A stretch of 64,000 nt of DNA. Source: Squalus acanthias. Taxonomy: Eukaryota. The stretch is taken from NCBI GenBank assembly GCA_030390025.1, contig CM059432.1:20090001-20154000 (forward strand), read 5' to 3'. Position 1 is the stretch's first letter; the number at the start of each line of letters is the position of its first letter. Position numbers and translations under genes: made by a program. The notes beneath the pieces are model-generated. The model was not told the DNA's origin. It did not search any database and worked only from the letters and a program-made list of their open reading frames with translations. Positions 47,784 through 58,986 of this stretch are shown piece by piece.

Positions 47784-50780
47784 CGAGTTAATGGCACAAA
47801 TAACTACATATGGTTATGATATTGTGGCCATTACAGAAACATGGCTGCAGGGTGACAATGCCTGGGAATTAAACATACCAGGTTATTTAACGATCAGGAA
47901 GGACAGGCAGGAAGGAAGGGGAGGTGGGGTGGCTATGTTAATAAAGGAAGGAATCACTGTAATACAGAGTAATGATATTGGGTCAAAAAATCATGATAAT
48001 GAAACAGTTTGGGTGGAGATAAGGAATAATAAGGGGAAAAAAACATTAGTGGGCGTAGTCTATAGGCCTCCGAACAGTTGCAACTCTATTGGACGGAGTA
48101 TCAATCAGGAAATAGTTGAGGCATGTAATAAGGGAACATCTATAATTATGGGGGATTTTAACTATCATATTAATTGGACAAATCAAATGGGGCAGGGCTG
48201 CCTTGAGGATGAGTTCATTGAGTGTATTAGGGATGGGTTTCTTGAGCAGTATGTAACTGAACCGACCAGAGGGCAAGCAACCTTAGATCTGGTCCTGTGT
48301 AACGAGACAGGATTAATTAAAAATGTCCTAGTAAAGGATCCCCTTGGAATGAGTGACCATAACATGGTTGAATTCCATATTCAATTAGAGGGTGAGAAGG
48401 TTGGATCTCAAACAAGCGTGCTAAGCTTGAATAAAGGAGACTATGAAGGTATGCGAGCGGAATTGAGTAGAGTGGATTGGGAAAATAGATTAAAGGGTAA
48501 GACGACACATGATCAGTGGTGTACATTCAAGGAGTTATTTTACAACTTCCAAAAAAAATATATTCCACTGAAAAGAAAAGGGTGTAAAAGAAAGGACAGT
48601 CATCCGTGGCTAAGTAAAGAAATTAAGGATAGTATTCGACTAAAAACAAGGGCATATAAGGTAGCGAAATCTAGTGGGAGGACAGAGGATTGGGAAAACT
48701 TTAAAAGGCAGCAAAAAATAACAAAAAGATTGATTAAGAAAGGGAAGATAGATTATGAAAGTAAATTAGCAAAAAATATAAAAACAGATAGTAAGAGTTT
48801 TTATAGTAATATAAAAAGAAAAAGGGTGGCTAAAGTAAATGTTGGTCCCTTAGAGGATGAGACCGGGAAATTAATGGTGGGAAATATGGAGATGGCAAAA
48901 ACACTGAATGAATATTTTGTATCAGTCTTTACAGTAGAGGACACTAAGAATATCCCAACACTGGACAAACAGGGGGCTATAGGGGGAGAGGAGCTAAACA
49001 CGATCAAAATCACTAAGGAAGTGGTACTCGGTAAAATAATGGGACTCAAGGCGGATAAATCACCTGGACCTGATGGCTTACATCCTAGAGTCTTGAAGGA
49101 AGTGGCGGTAGGGATTGTAGATGCATTGGTAATAATTTTTCAAAACTCCCTGGATTCCGCTAAGGTCCCGGCAGACTGGAAAACTGCTAATGTAACACCC
49201 TTATTTAAAAAGGGCAGTAGACAGAAGGCTGGTAACTATAGACCGGTTAGCCTAACATCTGTGGTAGGTAAAATTTTGGAGTCCATTATTAAGGAAACAG
49301 TAACAGGACATTTGGATAATCATAATTTAATAGGACAAAGTCAGCATGGTTTTACGAAGGGGAAGTCATGTTTGACAAATTTGCTGGAGTTCTTTGAGGA
49401 AGTAACATATAGAGTGGATAAAGGGGAACCAGTGGACGTAGTGTATTTAGACTTCCAAAAGGCATTTGACAAGGTGCCACACAAAAGATTATTGCTTAAG
49501 GTAAAAAATCACGGGATTGGGGGTAATATTCTGGCATGGATAGAGGATTGGCTATCTAACAGAAAGCAAAGAGTTGGGATAAATGGTTCATTCTCAGACT
49601 GGCAATCAGTAACTAGTGGTGTTCCACAGGGGTCAGTGCTGGGTCCCCAACTCTTCACAATCTATATTAACGATTTGGAGGAAGGGACCAAGTGTAACAT
49701 ATCAAAATTTGCAGATGATACAAAGATGGGAGGGAAAGTAGTGAGTGAGGAGGACATAAAAAACCTGCAAGGGGACATAGACAGGCTAAGTAAGTGGGCA
49801 GAGATTTGGCAGATGGAATACAACACTGGAAAGTGTGAGGTGATGCACTTTGGCAGGAAAAATCCTAGAGCAATTTATTATCTTAATGGCAAGAAACTGG
49901 AGAGTACTGAAGTGCAAAGGGATCTGGGGGTCCTGGTGCACGAAACTCAAAAGGTTAGTATGCAGGTGCAGCAAGTGATTAAGAAGGCAAATGGAATGTT
50001 GGCTTTCATTGCTAGGGGGATAGAATATAAAAATAGGGAGGTATTGCTTCAGTTGTACAAGGTATTGGTGAGACCGCACCTGGAATACTGCATACAGTTT
50101 TGGTGTCCTTACTTAAGGAAAGACATCCTTGCTCTCGAGGCAGTGCAAAAAAGGTTCACTCGGTTAATCCCGGGGATGAGGGGGTGGTCATATGAGGAGA
50201 GGTTGGGTAGATTGGGACTCTACTCATTGGAGTTCAGAAGAATGAGAGGCGATCTTATTGAAACATATAAGATTGTGAAGGGGTTGGATCGGGTGGATGC
50301 GGGGAGGATGTTCCCGATGACGGGTGAGACGAGAACTAGGGGACATAGTCTTAGAATAAGGGGCTGCTCTTTCAAAACTGAGATGAGGAGGAACTACTTC
50401 ACTCAGAGGGTGGTAGGTCCATGGAATATGCTGCCACAAAAAGCTGTAGAAGCTACAACATTAATTAAATTTAAAACAGAAATAGACAGTTTCCTAGAAG
50501 TAAAGGGCATTAAGGGTTACGGGGAGCGGGCAGGAATTTGGACATGAGTCTAGGTTCGGATCGGTCATGGCCCTGTGGGTAGTGGAGCGGGCCCAGGGAC
50601 TGTGTAGCCTGATTCTGCTCCTATTTCGTGTGTGCAATTCTGTTAGATGCAGGAGATGGTTCTGTGATAGATAGTAGATTGGCGGTTAGGATCAGATCAG
50701 CCATGATCTTATTGAATGGCGGAGCAGGCTCGAGGGGCCGATTGGCCTACTCCTGCTCCTATTTCTTATGTTCTTATGTT
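47784..50780 (+). mobile_element. Young CR1 LINE, 5'-truncated near the ORF2 start
   Basis: Uninterrupted ORF2, (ttcttatg)n tail, AGA at both junctions. Confidence 0.95.
47791..50547 (+). CDS. CR1 ORF2: apurinic-like endonuclease plus reverse transcriptase; open, lacking the extreme N-terminus
   Basis: ITETWL, GVVYRPP, MGDFN, LDLVL, SDH (APE); [38 protein letters not shown] (RT); no stops; ATG at 47791. Confidence 0.9.
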   Translation: MAQITTYGYDIVAITETWLQGDNAWELNIPGYLTIRKDRQEGRGGGVAMLIKEGITVIQSNDIGSKNHDNETVWVEIRNNKGKKTLVGVVYRPPNSCNSIGRSINQEIVEACNKGTSIIMGDFNYHINWTNQMGQGCLEDEFIECIRDGFLEQYVTEPTRGQATLDLVLCNETGLIKNVLVKDPLGMSDHNMVEFHIQLEGEKVGSQTSVLSLNKGDYEGMRAELSRVDWENRLKGKTTHDQWCTFKELFYNFQKKYIPLKRKGCKRKDSHPWLSKEIKDSIRLKTRAYKVAKSSGRTEDWENFKRQQKITKRLIKKGKIDYESKLAKNIKTDSKSFYSNIKRKRVAKVNVGPLEDETGKLMVGNMEMAKTLNEYFVSVFTVEDTKNIPTLDKQGAIGGEELNTIKITKEVVLGKIMGLKADKSPGPDGLHPRVLKEVAVGIVDALVIIFQNSLDSAKVPADWKTANVTPLFKKGSRQKAGNYRPVSLTSVVGKILESIIKETVTGHLDNHNLIGQSQHGFTKGKSCLTNLLEFFEEVTYRVDKGEPVDVVYLDFQKAFDKVPHKRLLLKVKNHGIGGNILAWIEDWLSNRKQRVGINGSFSDWQSVTSGVPQGSVLGPQLFTIYINDLEEGTKCNISKFADDTKMGGKVVSEEDIKNLQGDIDRLSKWAEIWQMEYNTGKCEVMHFGRKNPRAIYYLNGKKLESTEVQRDLGVLVHETQKVSMQVQQVIKKANGMLAFIARGIEYKNREVLLQLYKVLVRPHLEYCIQFWCPYLRKDILALEAVQKRFTRLIPGMRGWSYEERLGRLGLYSLEFRRMRGDLIETYKIVKGLDRVDAGRMFPMTGETRTRGHSLRIRGCSFKTEMRRNYFTQRVVGPWNMLPQKAVEATTLIKFKTEIDSFLEVKGIKGYGERAGIWT

Positions 50781-51106
50781 AGATATCTGCGCGCCTCTAA
50801 TTCTGCCCTCTTGAGCATCCCTGATTATAATCGCTCAACCATTGGTGGCCGTGCCTTCTGTTGCCTAGGCCCTAAGCTCTGGAATTCCTTGCCTAAACCT
50901 CTCCGCCTCGCTACCTCTCTTTCCTCCTTTAAGACGCTCCTTAAAACCTACCTCTTTGACCAAGCTTTTGGTCACCTGCCCTAATTTATCCTTATGTGGC
51001 TCGGTGTTAATTTTTTTTTGTCTTTTAATACTCCTGTGAAGTGCCTTGGGACATTTTACTACATTAAATATATATATAAATACAAGTTGTTGTTGTGGTG
51101 TTAAGA

Positions 51107-51552
51107 GTCAGATTAGCTCATTTGGTTACACACTTCCCTCTGAGGTCAGACGGGTGTGGATTGAAGCCTCACTCTAGTAGTTCAGCATGTAATCTAGGCT
51201 GACACTTCAGTGTAGCACTGAGGGAGTGCTGCCTTGTCAGAAGGTGCCATCTTTCAGATGCAACATTAAACCTCAGTGCTGTCTGCCTGTTCAGGTGGGC
51301 ATAGAAGATCTAACGGCAATATTTGAAGAGCAGCAGGGAGGTCTCATAGTGCCCTGGCATATATTCCTTCCCCAATCAACACCATCAGAAACAGAGGGAC
51401 TGGTCATTCAGTTCATCACTGTTTCTGGGAGCGTGCTGTGCACAAATTGGCTACTGTGCTTGCAGGCGGTGACTACAGATCAGCAGTAACCTTTCAGCTA
51501 TTAAGTGCTTGGACCTCCTGAAGAGGTGAAAAGCACAAAGTAAATGAAGTTT
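51107..51552 (+). mobile_element. Full-length diverged DeuSINE-like SINE
   Basis: tRNA-like head, gctgacacttcagtg.agcactgagggagtgctgc core, degraded L2-type tail. Confidence 0.7.
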
Positions 51553-51919
51553 TCTTTAGTTGAGGTGGTCAGTAGAGCTTTCCCATATCTCTGCTACAAA
51601 TCATTAAGAAAATAATGTGGAAAATACCGATACAACATAAATAATGTAGAACTAGAAAACACAGTAAGAGAGATTGCAGGGTTTTTTGTAATAATGAATT
51701 CCCCTTTGATTTTCACCTGTATAATTAACAAAAAAAAACTAACCTTTTGTTTACACTGACTTTCACCTAAATATTTTTAAATAAAAACTGAACTGGTGGG
51801 GGAAAGTAAAAATAACTGAGAACAAAGCCCTACACCTGAATAACTACATTTTTGTATTCCCCAGATAAACAGAATGGGGAAAGTGTGTGCGTGTGTGTGT
51901 TATGTAAATACTTCAGGCA

Positions 51920-52215
51920 CCTTTATTACAGCTGAGTCCAATCCTACTCTCACACATTACGGTCAGTTTCAGAGGGGTAATGACAGCGAACGCTGGTAAT
52001 TTGCCATCGTTACCCACCGCAAATTCCAGGCCAATATCCTTACTCTCACACTTTTCAGCAGGGATACAGGATAATGATCAAGAGTGGAACTTTAGGCTGA
52101 TTTTGATCTCTAGCCCAGTGGTGCTTGGGCCAAATGTAATGCACCAATTACTCTCCTAGCTGAGATCAGCAATCGCAGCACAGAACAATGTTGAACCTGG
52201 TACCTCCCGGACTGT
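51920..52215 (-). mobile_element. Degraded LF-SINE-like element
   Basis: aatcctactctcacac, gctgagatcagc..cagcacaga..gaacctgg. Confidence 0.4.
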
Positions 52216-53065
52216 ATTTTTGAATGCTACACTGGGCAGTACCTTTACTGACAATAGTATTGGCAGAACCGTATGGGGATATAATTAAGCAGGAGCTTCT
52301 ACAAATAAACTAACCAGGTAAGAAGCTTACAATAAACAGTGTTCATCTTACAAATGTACTCATATTTTTGACTCAATTCAACATGACACACACAATGATG
52401 TATGGATATAGCCAGGCAGAAAAATATTTGAGCAGCAAAAGCATCTATTATAAACTTAATGTAGCAATACCAATATGATTGTGCCTCACTTTGTTTAGAC
52501 CAGGCACAGAAAATCAATAATAACATTAATTTGTGTTTTCCATCAAGCCCTAGAGATGCCAACTTTCAACAACAGCTCAGTCAGTTCTCCGAAGTATTTA
52601 TGTAGCTTATTTCTTCTGTGGTAACATTTAGCTCCTGACTGCACCTTGAAGTAATCTGGACAAAACATGAGTCAGGATTTGGAACAGCTGTTGTGGAAAG
52701 CACCTCCCTTATCTTTCAATCCTTCTTGGCTGCTGGAAGAAGTTGGCTTTCAAACTTTCAGATAGCCTCAGTACCATTTACAATCATACGTACCAAACGG
52801 GAAAACTGGCAAAAGCTGACCAAAACAAAGCTCCTTTCACGACCTCAGGACAATCTAAAGCGCTTTACAACGAACAAAATACTTTTGACTTGCAGTCACT
52901 GTTGTAATGTCGGAAACGGGGTTGCCAATTTGTGCGCAGCAATAGATTCATAAAAACTGACAGCTCAAAGCAGTCCTGAATATAAACCTTGCAAAACATG
53001 ATGTTACGGAGTTAGACTGAAAGTGCAATAAAACAAGAGTTGTCACAAGGGAGATTGAGAAGATA

Positions 53066-55038
53066 ATGAAACAAAAAAGAGGGTGTATGATGAATGTCAG
53101 GTGAATTCTTCAAGGCAGAACCAGACCAAATACAATAAGTTGAGAGGGGAAGTGAAGATGAAAATAAGATTGGCAAAGAGAGAATGTGAGAGTGGAATGG
53201 CAGTTAATATAAAAGGGAACCCAAAAATCTTCTACCGGCATGTAAGCGGGTAGTAAGAGACGGAGTGGGGCCTATTAGGGACAAAGAAGGTGAGATATGC
53301 TTAGAGGCGCAGGGCAAGGCTAGAATACTCAATGAGTACTTTGTAACGGTGTTTACTAAGGAGGTGGATGCTGACAAAATATCAGTAGAAGTGGAAAAGG
53401 TAGAAGCAATGGAAGGGGTGAAAACTGATAGACAGGATGTACTAGAAAGATTGGGTAAGCTTAGAGTGGTTAAGTCGCCTGGTCCAGATGGCTTGCATCC
53501 CAGGTGACTAAGGGAATTGGGGGATGAGATAGCAGAAGGGCTTACCATAATTTTCCAATCTTCCCTAGATGCGGGGGCAGTGCCTGAGGATTGGAAAATG
53601 GCAAATGTGACACCATTGTTCAAGAAAGGGTGCAAGGACAATCCTAGTAACTACAGGCCGGTCAGTTTAACATCAGTGGTGGGTAAAGTTTTAGAAACAA
53701 TAATCAAGGAAAAAATTAACGGGCACTTGGAGAGGTTTAAGCTAATTAAGGAGAGCCAACACGGATTTGTAAAAGGCAGATCGTGTTTGACTAATCTAAT
53801 CGAATTTTTTGATGAATTAACAGAGAGCATTGATGAAGGAGATGCAATGGATGTTGTCTACATGGATTTTAGGAAGGCATTTGACAAAGTACCACATAGA
53901 GGGCTGGTTAACAAAATTGAGGCTCATGGAATAGGTGGGTCAGTGGCAGCTTGGATAACGAATTGGCTTAAGGACAGAAAACAGCGAGTTGTGGTAAATG
54001 GCTGCTTTTCAGACTGGAGGATGGTAGACAGTGGTGTTCCCCAAGAGTCAGTGCTGGGGCCACTCCTTTTTTGATATATATAAATAAATGATCTGGATAT
54101 TGGAATACAGAGTAGAATTTCTAAATTTGCCGATGACACCAAACTTGGGGGTGTGGCAAACAGTGAGAATGATACCAATCGACTGCAACAGGACATAGAA
54201 AGGCTAGCAGAATGGGCAGACAAGTGGCAGATCGAATTTAATACAGAGAAGTGTGAGGTGATGCATTTTGGCAGAAGGAACAGGAGAGGCAATATACACT
54301 TAATGGCACAGTTTTAAAGAGTGTGCAGGGACAGAGGGACCTGGGAGTTAATGTGCATAGGTCCCTGAAGGTGGTGGGACATATTGAGAGAGTGGTTAGC
54401 AAAGCATATGGGATCTTGGGCTTCATAAATAGAGGTATTGAGTACAAGTAGAGAAGTTATGCTGAACCTTTATAAAGCGCTGGCTAGGCCACAACTGGAG
54501 TATTGCGTCCAGTTCTGGTCACCGCACTTTAGGAAGGATGTGAAGGCACTTTAGAGGGTGCCGAGGAGATTTACCAGAATGGTTCCGGGGATGGGGGATC
54601 TTAGCTACAAGGACAGGTTGGAGAAGCTGGATTTGTTTTCATTAGAGCAAAGGAGGTTGAGGGGTGATTTGATAGAGGTGTACAAGATTATGACGGGTTT
54701 GGATATGCTAGACGGGGAAAGGCTGTTTCCACTAGTTGATGGTACAAGGACTAGGGGACACAGATTTAAGGTTTTGGGCAAGAGATACAGGGGGATGTGA
54801 GGAAAAACTTTTTACGCAGCGAGTGGTGAGGACCTGGAACTCGCTGCCGACAGAAGTGGTGGAAGCGGAGACACTCAATGTTTTCAAGGGGAGACTGGAT
54901 AGGTACTTGAGGGAAATAAACTTGCAGGGCTACGGGGATAGAGCGGGGGAATGGGACTGATTGGATTGCTCTACAGAGAGCCAGCACGGACTCGATGGGC
55001 CGAATGGCCTCCTCCTGTGCCGTTATGACTCTATGACT
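53066..55038 (+). mobile_element. CR1 LINE, 5'-truncated ~2 kb, disrupted RT
   Basis: ORFs 53265-53507, 53517-54074, 54558-54800; 3' hairpin and (tatgactc)n tail. Confidence 0.93.
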
Positions 55039-55536
55039 TAAGCTGCAGGTAGACCCTCATGATCACTATGATCACTTTGATTGCAGCATAAAGAAGTAGA
55101 ATTAACAACAGTAGCAGATTTAGAAATTATTGAAGGGCTGTGAAAGCTGAAGGACATTTACTTTATAGGGCGAGAGTCCCCTCCTCTGCAAATTTTGATC
55201 TTTGACACCTTAGTTGTTGCATTTTCTGGCATTTTGGACCCTATTGTAATTCGGAGTATAAATCTCAGTGCAAGTTGAGAAAAATTAAATAAAGCTTCTC
55301 ATTGCTATGACCCAAGTGCTAATTTTATTTCTAAACCCTGGTCATTTGGACAGTGTAATCAATATAATTACTTCCTCCTTATCTCAAAACAGTAGCAGCA
55401 ACCAGAAAATAACATTTAATCTAAGACAACAGCCAGGCATGCCCCATAAAGCTCCTTTGCAGATAAAGGAATGCTGTCAAAAGTTGCATCTTAGCAGTGT
55501 ATTTGTTATACCTAACTTCTTCAGGGTAAACTCTAA

Positions 55537-56292
55537 GGGCCGTATTTTCCGATCGGAGGCTTCCTGCATGCGAGGCCGCCGATCTGGAAAAAATCTACGG
55601 ATTTACCTGAGGGCTCCCGAGGTGCGTATACTTCCGCTCCTGGGCCTCTCCAACTCGAAATGTGCAGGGCTCACATAGCCCAGGGGCGCAGGCGGTTCGC
55701 AAGCGTCCCTGGGATCACGTGGGCCATGGGGAGCCAATAGGAGAAGGGAATCTCCCTTCATACACTTGACAGATAGACCTGTCAAATATATGAATGGAGA
55801 TCACCCCAAAAACACCCCAAAACATTAAATACATTTTTTTTTAAATCACATTTTTAAAATGAGTTGAAATTACAATAAATTTTATATTTTAAACAAAAAT
55901 TTAATTTTTTGAAAAAAATAATTCAAGTTTTTTACGGGGCTAAAAATAAACTTACCTTTTTTAAAGTATTTTTAAATGATAACTGAGTGAAAATGTTTTA
56001 TTTTTTTTTACTTTTTTCTACTCCTATGCTGGTAACAGCAGGCCTTACGCTTTTACCAGGCGTAAGATTTCTAAGTGATTTCAGCAGGCGGAGGTTCTGC
56101 AGAAAGCGGAACTATCCGCCCGCAGAGGCCCTTCCTCCAGGGCAGGTGTCCGATCTTCAAGAGCATTCTTGACAGATCGGAAACGCCAGTTTTCAGCGCA
56201 TGCGCTTGGCATGCCTGAAACCGGCATTTCCGATGTCCCTACTGGTGTGTACACAGCCCGTACACACCCGTAGGCATCAGAATATCCGGCCC
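55537..56292. mobile_element. PIF/Harbinger non-autonomous element
   Basis: TIRs gggccgtattttc / gaatatccggccc; TAA TSD at 55534-55536 and 56293-56295. Confidence 0.82.
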
Positions 56293-56369
56293 TAAATAAA
56301 CAGCTGTAACGGTGACTCTCAAAAGTTATCAGCTCATTTAAATTTTTTCTGCCTCAGGTTTGTGTGCAA

Positions 56370-57004
56370 CTAATGTTACTTCATCCCTGTTCAAAAAAGG
56401 GGAGAGGGATAAACCTGGCAACTACAGGCCAGTCAGCCTAATGTCGGTGGCGCGGAAACTTTTAGAGACATTAATCCCGGAAAAATTAGTTAGCACTTGG
56501 AAAAATATGGTCTAATAAATGAAAGCCAGCACGGATTTGTTAAAGGCAATTTGTGTTTCACTAACTTGATCGAGTTCTTTGATGAAGTAACGGAGAGGGT
56601 TGATGGAGGTAGTGCGGTTGATGTTGCGTATATGAACTTTCAAAAGACATATGACAAAATACCACATAATAGAATTGTTAGCAAAATTGAAGCCCATGGG
56701 ATTAAAAGGGCAGTGGGTGCGTTAATTCAAATTTGGCTAAGGGACAGAAAATAGAGAGTAACGGCGAACGGTTCTTTTTCAGACTGGAGGGAAGTGTGCA
56801 GTGGTGTTCCCCAGGGGTCTCTTTTTATATATAATAATAATAACTTTTAAAAGAGAATTGGATAAATACTTGAAGTGGAAAAAATTGCAGGGCTATGGGG
56901 AAAGAGCATGGGAGTGGGACTAATTGGATAGCTCTTTCAAAGAGCCGGCATAGCAGGATGGGCTGAATGGCCTCCTTCTGTGCTGTATCATTCTATGATT
57001 CTAT
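56370..57004 (+). mobile_element. CR1 RT fragment joined to a CR1 3' tail
   Basis: NYRPVSL, ESQHGFVKG, GVPQGS, then (ttctatga) tail. Confidence 0.85.
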
Positions 57005-57871
57005 ATTTCTATAAGAGAAAATAAATTCTGATTGATTCTTACAACCTCCAGTCCAACCCTCCAATCAACTGAATGATCATAATACTCTTCAGTCCCACTG
57101 TTAAAAAGATTTGATTGGTTCGGACTGCCTTCAGTCTGACCAATCAAACAATTTGATTAGTTGATATGGGCCAGTGGCAATTCCAGTGATAAAAGCTGAT
57201 TTTTCACTGCATGCATCATGACTAGGTTTAGATTCTGAGACTGGGTGGCTTATTCATATCGTCCTTCAGCTAGTACCACAACCAGGAATAATACACATGA
57301 TGCAAAGCTGGCAGGGTCCCTTCTTTAAATATGCAGCACGTGGTCCGATGACGTCAGTGGTCCTTGGCCGCTATTTTAACTCCGACGCAAGTCAGAAACG
57401 GATCGGAAGCAGAAGGGGGCTATTCAAGGTAAGTTTTTTTTTTAAACTTTCCTTTGCGGGCCCAGGAGGAGCAGGAACCCAAAGGCCGACCAGTCAGCTG
57501 ACGGCATATTAATGAGGCTCAACAGTTAAAATCGCCATGGCCTCATGTTGCCACAGGCAGGCGGGAACTTAACTGAAACCAGCAAGTTCCCACCAGAGAC
57601 CTGCTGGCAGTTAAAACTCCCCCCTCCTCCACCAAGAGTCCCGAAGGCCCTTTCACACAGTCCATCAAAAAGTTGACTTAACTCCACGTATGTGCATGAA
57701 GTCAGAGAAAAGAACGAAATGAGAAAAGACCAGTCAGCCTGTTCAAGCCCACTCCTTCCACAAACCATTTAAAAATCTATCATGTCGTGGATCTGACCCA
57801 GCTTCATCTCCTAACAGAAAGTTCTGTAACATTTCTCTCTGATCTCCAAAGTCAGACAAGTAGAATTATGC

Positions 57872-58004
57872 AACAGCAAAATACTGCGGATGCTGGAAAT
57901 CTGAAATAACAACAGAAAATGCTGGAAACGCTCAGCAGGTCAGGCAGCATCGAGGAGAGAGAAACAGAGTCAACGTTTCGGGTCGAGGACCCTTCGTCAG
58001 AACC
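57872..58004 (-). mobile_element. Penelope-derived short insert (family A)
   Basis: Matches 29003-29134. Confidence 0.8.
57968..58004 (-). ncRNA. Minimal type-I hammerhead ribozyme motif
   Basis: GGTT-CTGACGA-A-GGGTC-CTC-GACCC-GAAA-CG-TT-GACT. Confidence 0.75.
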
Positions 58005-58655
58005 GAGATGTCGAAGCTTACCGCTCAATTATTCAGACAAGACCAGTTTTATTGCACGGATGACTAAGCCATGGTCCAGAATTGCTGCACTACAAGCCAC
58101 CACAGGGCACACTCTAACACACAATGAGTTCCTGATCTCAATCACGCTCTAATGGGGAGGCTCCAACTAGAGGCCCCACAGAAGGGAACATCATAGGAAG
58201 AACCATTCCAAGGAGTAGATTCTTGCCTTCAGTAATCTGACAGGGTGGATCGTACAGAAATATTGAAATCTGTCGGCAAGTCTCTTCCATAGCTTCCAGT
58301 GGCTGATTGCTGCCAGGGATCATTTAGACCAGTAGCTGAGGAAGGCAGATGTTGGTATCTTAAGGGTGAATTGCTGTGTTTTATCATGCTGTGAGAGAGT
58401 GTGCAACAATCCAAGCCAATGGAAACTGCCTCAGGAAAGGAGTAGAGACACTCTTATGCACCATAACTAAACCATCTGAGACTAGGGATCAGTGCCTTAA
58501 CCCAGTAAACCATCAGGGAATCAGAACAGACCAGGGACCAGTGCCTTAACCCAGTAAACCATCAGGGAATCAGAACAGACCAGGGACCAGTGCCTTAACC
58601 CAGTAAACCATCAGAGAATCAGGACAGACTAGGGATCAGTGCCTTAACCCAGTAA

Positions 58656-58872
58656 TGTGAGAAGTCGCACAACACCAGGTTATAGTCCAACAGTTTTATT
58701 TGAAATCATAAGCTTTCGGAGCGCTGCTTTCTCGTCAGGTGAAGGAGACCTGACGAAGGAGCAGCGCTCCGAAAGCTTGTGATTTCAAATAAAACTGTTG
58801 GACTATAACCTGGTGCTGTGCGACTTCTCACATTTGTCCACCCCAGTCCAACACCGGCATCTCCACATCTTC
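58656..58872. mobile_element. Penelope-derived palindromic insert (family B) with hammerhead cores on both strands
   Basis: Same family as 15465-15669; 9-bp TSD acccagtaa at 58647-58655 and 58873-58881; cores at 58750-58782 (+) and 58706-58742 (-). Confidence 0.85.
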
Positions 58873-58986
58873 ACCCAGTAAACCATCAGGGAATCAGGAC
58901 AGACCAGGGATCAGTGCCTTAACCCAGTAAACCATCAGGGAATCAGGACAGACCAAGGATCAGTGCCTTAACCCAGTAAACCATCA

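Larger units (their letters stand above)
47672..51095 (+). mobile_element. L2 3' fragment (47672-47783 plus 50781-51095) split by CR1
   Basis: cagccccacaacccccagaga | agatatctgcgcgcctctaattctg joins into sequence like L2 at 40350-40782. Confidence 0.85.

Noticed and set aside
58468..58986. CRISPR-like array next to an RT gene
   Set aside because: Units are contiguous 49-bp tandem copies with no unique spacers; the RT is a CR1 LINE; the context is eukaryotic
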